Below, piece by piece: positions 53,101 to 63,378 of a DNA stretch of 64,000 nucleotides. The stretch's first letter is position 1, and each line of letters opens with the position of its first letter. The stretch covers positions 96,844,001 to 96,908,000 of the forward strand of contig OX597818.1 in the NCBI GenBank assembly GCA_951406725.2, given 5' to 3'. Origin of the DNA: Octopus vulgaris. Lineage: Eukaryota. The position numbers were made by a program, and so were the translations under genes. Below the pieces are notes generated by a model. The model was not told the origin of the DNA. It made no database searches and saw only the letters and a program-made list of their open reading frames with translations.

Positions 53101-55191
53101 GCTGATTGTCTTACGACTACTGAACGTCAAATCAACGACGACCAGCCTACCCTCTGGATCTGCAAAAATCAACTTTTTCTCAGAAACCCGGTTCTTTTTA
53201 CACAGGACCAACACCCCGCTTCCGCCGGACGACGGGTTCGGAGAGATAATTCTCTCGTAACCGTCAAACAGCGGGAGCAGATCTCTTGGCCCCTTTAACC
53301 GGGTTTCTGTGGCAACAACAACATCTAAATCTCGTGACCTGATGTCATTTAGGAGGCGCCCTTGCTTCCAGTTCGACATCAGGCCACGCACATTTATACA
53401 CCCTACACAAATACGAGACATTTCTTACCTTTTTAAAAAGTGTTCTTTATATCCCTGTTGGTCGTGGGGGTGAAGTCCGCCTTAAAAAATAACTCGTGCA
53501 GGTCGAGTCGCGGACCCCTGACATCCCCCGAGTACTGCGCACTTATGATATTGTAGTTTAACATGTCCATCTTGTATACTTCCACGTTTTTTGGCAGTTT
53601 TTTAAAGGTCTGCACTTTTTCTGCAGTTGGTATGTTTTCCATTTCGCTCTTTAGTCTATCGTTTTCTTTGTTTATTGCGGCGAAATCTGTCTGGAACTCG
53701 GTAATTTTGGGGGGGGGCTTTGTGGGGGTGATGGGGAGGACAGCGGAGAGTATGATGGGGGGGGAGCACTGGGATATGTTTGGGAGGGGAGAGTATTGCT
53801 CGGCACTGAGGGGTGGGGGTGGTTCGGGTTGGACTGGGGGGGGGTCTTTTCTTTTTTACCTTTTTGTGGGGAACCGTGGTTGGGTGGGGTAGGTTTCCAC
53901 CCTGGGTGTTAGTCTTCTTTGTATATGGAATGGGTGGGTTTGAATCACTATTTTTCCTTTTTTTCTTTTGCCTCGGTGTTATGAAGGCATCTTCCTCTTC
54001 CTGTTTCTTCTCTTCTTTTGTCTCTGTGTTCTTCTTCTTCTTCGCCTCTTCTTCGGCTTTTTTCCTCTTCCTCTTTCTTGCGGGTGGGGCATTCCGCTCG
54101 GATGTGGCCCTTTTCGCCACACCCGTAGTATCTTGGCTTTCGCCCTTCTACCACCACCCGCAAGTTTATTTCTTCATCGAAGTTTATGTTTTCTGGCACC
54201 TCCTCTAGAGTTTCTGGGGCCGCCTGCACTAGTATCTGTAGTGTTTGGCCTCTCCAGTTCTCTTTTTGCATGTTTACTATGTTTAAAATGTTTATTTTAT
54301 TTTCTAGCCCTATTAATAGGGCTGGAATGAGGCACTTCACCTCAATTTCAGGGGGAATTTCTTCAATTCTTATTTTTGATGTCCTTCGTCCCATATACGA
54401 AGGTAGGAGAATTATTTCCGTTGTTTTTATGGGGTAAATAGAATGCTTTTTTGCCTGCTCTTCTTCTTTGAAATATACTGTTATTGTAGCATACTTCTTG
54501 CCCCATGTTACATAGTCTATGTCTCTCCATATCGGCTGGAGACATTTTTCAGCTTGTTCCTTGGTAACTTTATCAATTTTTTTCTCTTTTATAATAAAAG
54601 ATTTGTATATCACTGTTCTTCTCAATGTGCTGTTTTTAATCTCTTTTGGGAGGGTGGCCTTTACGCTGTTCCCCTCCCTTGTAAACATTGCTTTGTATTT
54701 ATCAAATTCTATGTCTTCTACTTTTATTTCTTCAGATTTCCTGCCGGCTGCGGCTGCAAAGTTGTACATCTTTTTTTCTTTCTCGGTTTCACCCGCAGGT
54801 GAAGTATCACATACTGTTTTTGGTTTGGACGCATCCATTTCTTTTTTAGACTGTATGGTTTTCTTTGTAGGTGAACCTACAATGGTTTCCCTTGAAGGTG
54901 AACCTTCGTCGGTTACATCTTCATACATCCTTTCGGAAGAAAGAACGTTTTCTTTATTCATTTTCAGCAAAAATGAGTGGGGGTTTGGGGGGGGGGGGGT
55001 TCTATGCTACAAAGCACACTTTCCCTTCCTTATAGGAGGGGACTAACAATATTTTCCTGGTCAAACACCAGGTGAATAACAGTTCAATTAACAATTTTTA
55101 ACAAGAGTTTAACACCACTTCAATATCCAAAAACAGATAAACATTTACTTACAAGCAATATAACATATGACAAAATCCAGTGTTACTGAGT
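50194..55191 (-). mobile_element. array element 4: L1/Tx1-group LINE with ORF1 and ORF2 (APE-RT-zinc finger), disabled
   Basis: ORF1 54970->~53433. ORF2 53421->50431: INVRGL, ETRL, IYAPN, GDFN, YLDR, SDH, GYWKLN; KAPGLDG, NFRPITLLN, DQSKAFDRVDH, RQGCPLSP, YADD; CPRCG..ETVSHAIVQC. Two frameshifting internal deletions (~52420, ~51600). Flanked by TCTAAAGAGTATCGATG (50177-50193, 55192-55208). Confidence 0.92.
50431..53421 (-). pseudogene. Tx1/L1-type ORF2 (endonuclease / reverse transcriptase), split in three
   Basis: ORFs 52417-53421 (APE), 51584-52420 (RT) and 50431-51612 (C-terminal CCHC-type finger). Confidence 0.9.
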
Positions 55192-55208
55192 TCTAAAGAG
55201 TATCGATG

Positions 55209-56861
55209 ATTTCTTTATTACCCACTAGGGGCGACATAGAGGGGACACTACAAGACATTGGGGACATAGAACATTATAAAATAAAAGTATGTGAGATGAA
55301 ATTTTGCAAATGATAATATGAAAGTGATGCTAACGGCCCAATCCGCCAGCACCACTTACCTGTCCTTCATAACCCATCGTCATTTATCATCTTCAATCAA
55401 AAGCCCATATGTCTTTATCATTCTCTCAGTCTTCCTTTCAATCTCTTTCACCGTCTCGTCCGCAAATGTTACCTTAATCACTTTCACACCCTCATTTACA
55501 CACTTCGCCATAATTCCCTCCATTTGTTCCCTAGGCCCCACCGCATAACTCCCTTCTGCTCTCTCATACCATGAATAATTGTTTATTATGTCTTTCGAAT
55601 CCTCAGTGTCCTCTCTTTTTACGAAACATAAAATATGGGGCTTGGGATCTTGTTTACTTTGTGTGTCTGCGTTGTTTTTTGGTTTTCTTGTAGGCGGGGA
55701 ATGGGTGGAATCACTGTTTGTAGGGGAAGGATGGGACTCAGAGGGTGCGGGTGGTGTTGGGGTGGGTTGGGGTTCACCATAATTCGATTTTCTTCTCTTT
55801 TTTCTCTTCTTTCTTGCATCTTCCCATTTAGTCTGAGCTTCCTCCTCCTCGGTTCTTCCTCCTCAACTTGTTTTTGCTCCACCTCCTCCTTTTCCTGGTT
55901 CACAGTTTCCTTTTGTGGGGGAGGGCAGTTATCTCCTATGTGGCCCCTCAGGCCACACTTATAGCATCTTGGTGCTCTGTCCTCCACCCATACTCTCATT
56001 ACAATATTTCCCATGTTTACGTTGTCGGTCATTCTTTCGAGTGTACCCTCCTCCGCTTGTACACTCATTTCAAGCGTCTTACCTCGCCAGCCTTCACTCT
56101 TTACGGTAGCCTGCAAGATGTCTACCTACTCTTCGACTTCTTTTATTACCGCTGCAACAACCCATTCACCTTCTATGTGGGCGGGGGGTTATCTCTTCCA
56201 CTCTTATTCTTGTGGTTCTCTTGTTCATATATGTTGGTAATAAGATTACCTTTTCTGTTTTGATCGCCTTTGCTGCCATTTTTCTCGCCATATTCTTACT
56301 TCCAAACTGCACCATTATCGTTCCGTACTCACTACCTCTCGCCACAAATACAATTTCTTCTTCCACTCTCCTTAACGCCTCCTCAATATCTTCCATTTTT
56401 ATCATCTCCACTCTCTTGTTATCATTTACATATGTCCGGTACTTAATAAATCTTTTCTCAAACCATTCACTACGTTTTTCTGGTGGTAATAGTTTTACCT
56501 CTCCTCCTTCCTTCGTCATATATGCCTGAAAGCCTGGCAACTTTTCCAGGTCTCTCTCCTTTTCTTCTGTCTTCCTTGCTGTTCCATCATACGTCTTACC
56601 GACCTTTACATCCATTTTATTGACGGCACCAATTAGCTCGTCCTCGGAGGTCGATGCCTCCGATATACTCTCGAATAGCCTTTCTTCTGCCGTCTCTCCC
56701 ATTAGGGAGGGGCGGTCCATCACTTTTTGTCTGTCTCAATACAGACAGACAACGGCCGACAGACCGAAAACAGTGTAACAAAGTCGTATAACAAAACGTA
56801 TAATTCAACAGCAAATTCAACAGCAAATAATTGGCAACTTACAATAAAGTCTAAAAGAGAG
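55209..56861 (-). mobile_element. array element 5: ORF1-only element (type Z)
   Basis: ORF1 56723->~55380, frameshifted, with VARGSEYGT, LLPTYMNKR and CYKCGLRGHIGDNC; no EN or RT; shared 3' tail. Confidence 0.82.
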
Positions 56862-56893
56862 AGTTTTTGAGTATCCTCTAAAGAGTATCGATG

Positions 56894-57058
56894 ATTTCTT
56901 TATTACCCACTAGGGGCGACATAGAGGGGACACTACAAGACATTGGGGACATAGAACATTCTAAAATAAAAGTAAGATGAAATTTTGCAAATGATAATAT
57001 GAAAGTGATGCTAACGGCCCCATCCGCCAGCACCACTTACTTGTCCTTCATAACCCAT
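56894..57058 (-). mobile_element. array element 6: 165-bp 3' stub of type Z
   Basis: Nearly identical to 55209-55377; adjacent to TCTAAAGAGTATCGATG (56877-56893). Confidence 0.85.
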
Positions 57059-57350
57059 ATACGATGTGTTCTATGGTGTTGATTCAGTAATTATCGATCA
57101 TCGTTAATTATACTCAATGTTAGACTGTATGAGGTGGTTAATGTATGATGCTAATGTCGTGGATTTTTTTATATAGTGGTGAATAAATGAATTCTTGCGT
57201 CCCCTATATCTATTTCTAAAATCAGTAGTACTCCCTATATAAATTTTCCTAAGTCCGGAGCGTTAAACTAATAAACCTGTTTGCTGTTTACACACCCGTC
57301 TTCGTCTTTTGTTCGTTTCTTTTGTAAATTCCAAATATATATTTATACAT

Positions 57351-57438
<88 letters not shown>

Positions 57439-57631
57439 TTGAGAACTACACAACCAATTTCATTCAAATTTTACACATGCCTTACTTAGGGTCCATGTAG
57501 TATCATAGGCAAAATAAATTCTAACTTCTTGCCTGGGGCGAGCCAACAGCAATATCATATCTTCTCCACTATTTCAGTCTTATGTATTAAAAGTGAAACA
57601 AAAACATCTCTATTGTATGTATATGGATGTG

Positions 57632-57694
<63 letters not shown>

Positions 57695-57876
57695 ATATAT
57701 AGTTGTATATGTATACATGTATTTCTATAGATATACATGTATGTATAGATGTATATATATATAGATGTACATGTAATATGCACACATATATATACACACA
57801 TATATATGCATACATATATACACCCATACACACATACACACACCGATCCACCTCCACCACACACACACATACATAG

Positions 57877-58200
57877 GTACAGGTGTGGCTGTGTGGTAAC
57901 AAACTTGGTTCCAAAACACATGGTCCTCAGTTCAGTTCCACTGTGTGGTAACTTGGCATGTGTCTTCTGCTATAGCCTGAGACCAACCAAAGCCTTGTCA
58001 GTGGATTTTGTAGACAGAAACTAAAAGAAATCAATTGTATGTATATGTATGTATATATGTAAGTCTATGTGTGTGTTTTTGTGTTTCTCCCTCATCACTG
58101 CTTCACAACTGTTCGTTTATTTACATCCCCATAACTTACTGGTTTCACAAGAAGAAACTGATAGAATAAGTACCAGATTTATCAAAATATAAAAAAGCAC
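57877..58200 (+). mobile_element. SINE family 3 (tRNA-like head); 3' part repeated at 58310-58387 and 61267-61480
   Basis: TGGCTGTGTGGT A-box-like and GTTCAGTTCC B-box-like motifs, then AAAGCCTTGTCAGTGGATTTTGTAGAC. Confidence 0.7.
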
Positions 58201-58254
58201 TACGCAGTGTCTCATATTTTTGTTTGCCCACTCAGTTGTATCTACCAATTTATC

Positions 58255-58296
<42 letters not shown>

Positions 58297-58387
58297 CATA
58301 CATATATATATATATATGGATTTCGTAGACAGGAACTGAAACAAATCAATCGTATATATATGTATGTATATATGTAAGTGTATGTGT

Positions 58388-61266
58388 TTTGGTATTGGTA
58401 ACATGAATGACAATGGTCAGAGACTACTTGAATTTTGCACATACCATAACCTGTGCATCACTAACACATTCTTTACCAACAAGACATCCCACAAGGCATC
58501 TTGGAGACCTCCAAGATCTCACCACTGGCATCAGCTGGATCTCATCATTACACGAAGATCCTTTCTGAATTCTGTTCAACTGACCCGTAGTTACCACAGC
58601 GCGGATTGTGACACAGATCATTCACTAATAAGAAGCAGGGTGAAGATTCTGCCTAAAAAAGTCCATCAATCCCAGAAAATGGGCCGACCACTTCCAGAAC
58701 CTCGGACCCTACACTGCGACAATGTTTTGCTGTTTCTATCAAGGTTGTCCTCAGTAGCTGCCCAACCTCCTCTGCTGAAAGTAGGTGGAATTATATCAGG
58801 GAAGCTTTGTATACCACATCAATAGATACTTTCGGCATGAGAGAAAGGTAAAACCCAAATTGGTTCAATGCTGAGCTCTCAGAGCAGGAAACAGTTATCG
58901 AAGCAAAGCGTGCAGCTCTGATGCAATACAAGAGTGATTCTTCTACAAAGTCACTCGAAGAACTCAGAAAGGCAAGAAATAAAACCCAACTGACTGCTAG
59001 ACGTTGTGCAAATAGGTATTGGCAGGAAATCTGTCAGAGTATCCAGTCAGCTGCTGACAGTGGCGATACCCGTGAGATGTATGCCGGTTTGAAGAAGGCC
59101 CTCGGTCCATCCGCAACCAAGTCAGCCCCTCTGAAATCAACTACTGGGGATCTCATCAAGGACCAAAGCAAGCAAATGGATACATGGGTGGAGTACTACC
59201 AGGTTCTCTACTCACGAGAGACCACGGTAGCCGAGGCTGCAATAGAGGGTATCAAGATCTTGCCAGTCATGTGTGAACTTGGCAGTCTGCCATCTATAGC
59301 AGAGCTCACCAAGTCTATTGACTCCCTAGCAAGTAACAAGGCTCCGGAAAAAGACGGCATCCCCTTAGAGATCATCAAAACCGGCAAAAACACCATCCTG
59401 CTTCGGCACATTCATGAGCTTCTGTGTCAGTGCTGGGAAGACGGTACAGTCCCTCAGGATATGGGGTATGCTAACATCATTACGCTGTACAAAAACAAAG
59501 GTGACCGTGGTGATTGTAACAATTACCGTGGAATATCTCTTCTAAGCACTGTTGGAAAGGCCTCTGCTCGCATACTCAACGGAGAGCTTGCTAGGGGCAC
59601 TAGGTCTGTGGGAAGACCGTTCTTACGATACAAGGATATTTGCAAAAGGGACATGAATGCCTGCAACATCAATATTAGCAGTTGCCAGCAACCGTGGAGA
59701 TTGGCGACGTACCGTAAAAGAAACACAAAGGAGTGACATAGAGAGAGAGGAGAAATGGAAAGACAAGAAAAGGGTCCAGGCTGCAACTGCTTGCTTCTCG
59801 AATTTATCTAGAATCGCAGTGTGGCTTTAGAAGAAGCAGATCAACTATTGACATGATATTCTCCATACGCCAACTTCAGGAGAAGTCCAGAGAGCAGAAA
59901 ATGCCATTATATATGGCCTTCATTGATCTGACAAAGGCCTTTGACTTGGTAAGTAGAGAAGGCCTCTTCATCCTGCTCCAAAAAATCGGATGTCCACCAA
60001 AGCTGCTGATGATCAAATCTTTCCATGATGATATGCAAGGCACCATACAGCACAATGGTTCAACATCAGCCGCCTTCCAAATAAAAAATGGGGTAAAGCA
60101 AGGTTGTGTCCTTGCTCCTACAATATTTGGCATCTTCTCGCTGCTGCTGTCACATGCCTTTGAGACATCAGATGATAGAGTGTTTCTGCACAGTAGAAGT
60201 GATGGGAAACTGTTCAATCTCTCGCGTCTGCGTGCCTAGACCAAAATCAGAAGCGTCCTGATCAAGGAGATGCTATTTGCTGATGATGCCACTCTGGTAT
60301 CACACGCAGAAGAAACCCTGCAAAGGGTCATCAACTGTTTTGAGCACGCATGTGGCACCTTTGGCTTAGTTATCAGCCTCAACAAGACCAACATCATGGG
60401 CCAGGCTACATCGGACATCCCAAACATACATATTGGAGACCACAGACTACAGGAGGTGAAGAAGTTTACCTATCTTGGCTCTACCGTCACCTACAACCTA
60501 TCCCTTAATGCTGAGCTCAATATATGCATTGGCAAGGCAACTGCTGTGATGGCCCAACTCTCCAAACGGACATGGGACAACAATAAGCTGACCAAGACCA
60601 CAAAAATGAAGATTTACCAGGCATGTGTACTTAGCACTCTACTGTATGGAAGTGAAACTTGGACGCCATACGTCGCCTAAATATCTTTCACCTGCGCTGC
60701 CTCCGGAAAATCTTTCGCATCAAATGGCAGAATCATGTCTCCAACAAAGATGACCTCAAGCAAGCAGGAATACCAAGCATGTTTGCACTCCTCACACAAA
60801 GACGTATGAGATGGCTTGGACATGTTAACCGTATGGAATATTGCAGAATTCCCAAGGACATACTCAACGGAGAGCTTGCTAGGGGCACTAGGTCTGTGGG
60901 AAGACCGTTCTTACGATACAAGGATGTTTGCAAAAGGGACATGAATGCCTGCAACATCAATATTAGCAGTTGCCAGCAACCGTGGAGATTGGCGACGTAC
61001 CGTAAAAGAAGAAACACAAAGGAGTGACATAGAGAGAGAGGAGAAATGGAAAGACAAGAAAAGACGTCAACAAGAAACTATGACATCACAACCAGCCAAG
61101 CAAAGTCTTCGCTACATTTGCGGCACCTGCCAGAGGGAGTGTTTGTCCAGGATAGGACTACACAGCCACAGCAGGAGATGTATTAGGACATGAAATGTAA
61201 AAGCCGGACTAGATTATTTTATGCATAACTCCATTGTCTCCCAAGACAAAAAGGATGCCAACAACA
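58388..61266 (+). mobile_element. 5'-truncated RTE (BovB-like) LINE, decayed
   Basis: NDNGQRLLEFC, DTDH, KAPEKDGI, NYRGISLL, FIDLTKAFD, GVKQGCVLAP, LFADD, LYGSETWT, RWLGHV, CGTCQRECLSRIGLHSH; (AAC)n tail. Confidence 0.92.
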
Positions 61267-61544
61267 ATATATATGGATTTGGAAGACAGGAACTGAAACA
61301 AATAAATCGTATATATATGTATGTATACATGCAAGTGTATGTGTGCGTCTTTGTCTCTGTGTTTCGCCCTCATCACTGCTTAACAATTGCTGTTCATTTA
61401 TTTACATCCACATAACTTACTGGTTTCACAAGAACAAACTAATAGAATAAGTACTAGGCTTATCAACATAAAAAAACACTAGGCTGTGTCTCATATTTTT
61501 GTTTGCGCACTCATTTGTATCTATCAATTTATCTTTGTATGTGT

Positions 61545-61557
61545 GTGTATATATCTA

Positions 61558-61591
<34 letters not shown>

Positions 61592-61612
61592 CCTATCTAT
61601 CTATCTATCTCC

Positions 61613-61682
<70 letters not shown>
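61545..61682. repeat. (ATCT)n(CT)n(AT)n compound microsatellite
   Basis: Directly visible. Confidence 0.95.
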
Positions 61683-61683
<1 letters not shown>

Positions 61684-62823
61684 TACATATATAAAATACC
61701 TTAACTCCCAAATTTTAGTCATTTCTTTTATGGTCCAAAACTAGGTCAAAAGTACTGAATGGATCTTTATGAAATTTGGAAACTATATTCTATGCATAAG
61801 GGCCATAAGCCCCATGACAATTCATATATTTTTGCTGTTGATGAAATTTTAACCATAGATATTAGACACGAAGTAATATTTATAAAATTTCATCTTCTTA
61901 CAAAGTTAGAAAGACCCCTCCATGGGGACTTAACACCCACAATTTTATCATTTTATCTAAGCAAAGACGAATACAGTTGTGCTCTTGGAAGCTGTAGGGT
62001 TACCCGAGCATAAAAGTTGGGAATTATTTCTAATTGAATGGTACAACAGTGTAACAGTTTGCTTTGACATACACTTACATTGTGATTTCTGCAATGTGGT
62101 GCATAAATTGTCAAGTAAATGAGAGGCATATTTGCCTCCACTGATTCAGTTGCAAAGTGTTGAGTAAAGTTATTTGATTGCAGACCTCCTTTCAGTCTTT
62201 TTATTATCACTCGGTCACACATAGTCTCCAGATGGTAACATTGATTTCAAGGCCTTCCCAGATAAGTGACTGGTTATTCAAAGACATTTATAGATTTTAA
62301 ATTTATTCTGTCCAGTTACGTATCAGTATAGTGGTCATTTGCAAACTCCAGAGGTGACACTTCAATTTATCCTTAGCCCTCACGTCACACAGTTGTTAGT
62401 GTTGATTTCAGTTGGGTCACGCCCTTCCAATTGCTATAGATTCGTAATGCATCTTACGGCTGTGCATGTCACCTGGATGGTGAGGAATCCTACATTGGGA
62501 GTGGTAACGACTAGGGTAGGGTACCTGACTGCTTATTGTGATCATTCGTCTTTTGGTTTCCTGTAGCTTTGTTCTCTTTTACAAACCCAGTGAACATATA
62601 TTTCCTCTTTCAAAGAAATTCAAACAATAGATATAAGACCCGAGTTTAAAATATTTTCAACAATTCAACTTCTCTGGTTGACATTAAGATGCCCACCCCC
62701 AACAGGGGACTTAACTCTCACATTTTAGAGCTCCATGACCTTCATTTTTCAGGAGCAAAATCTTTTTAACAGGTTCAGTAAGACTGGAATCTTGGAATAT
62801 GCGCATAAAAATCAGTAGTATGA

Positions 62824-63356
62824 AAATCAAAGTGACACTGGGGTAAAATATACGAAGCACATTATACCCATCATTACTACCCATCTGATAAGGGTACACC
62901 AGTCACACGCATCACAACCATATGTGCGCGACAGGGTGATCTCATCAAGATAAACAACGTATGACCTTGCAGTTGGGGCCCAGTTAGAATTTTCTTCAGG
63001 TTGAGTAGCCCATCCCGCTCAAAAGGTCTCTGAATAGGATTGTTCAAGGATGTTGAACGAAACACCCATGTTTTCAAAGTTGAACTATCCAAACCTCTAA
63101 GAATTCCTTTCAACACATGGCTATGATGCTCCCCCACTTCTTCTGCTCGTGATCAGAGGTGCACATATCGTCAGCCACTAAGGCACATGCTCAACTGGTT
63201 AAGGTCAAACAACGGACAAGCAAATCTGTGGTATTGAGCAGAATATTTGCTGTAGCCCATCTTTTATAGCAAGACAAAACAATGTACATGATAACTCTGC
63301 CAATCAGTTAAGATCAGAAGCCATGAGCGCAACTGTCTGGCACTGCATCAGTATAT
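62824..63356. repeat. ~550-bp unclassified interspersed repeat, copy 2
   Basis: Matches 34756-35290. Confidence 0.85.
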
Positions 63357-63378
63357 TTATTATTATCATTATTATCAT

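Noticed and set aside
53700-53895. G-run cluster (G-quadruplex-like) on +
   Set aside because: It is the antisense of the Pro/Thr-rich ORF1 linker; no independent evidence of function.
44511-57058. CRISPR-like or integron-cassette-like reading of the repeated junction motifs
   Set aside because: Eukaryotic context and kb-sized units encoding retroelement ORF1/ORF2; the repeats are explained as TSDs and 3' tails.
61700-62700. Short ORFs on both strands
   Set aside because: No recognisable domains; multiple stops.
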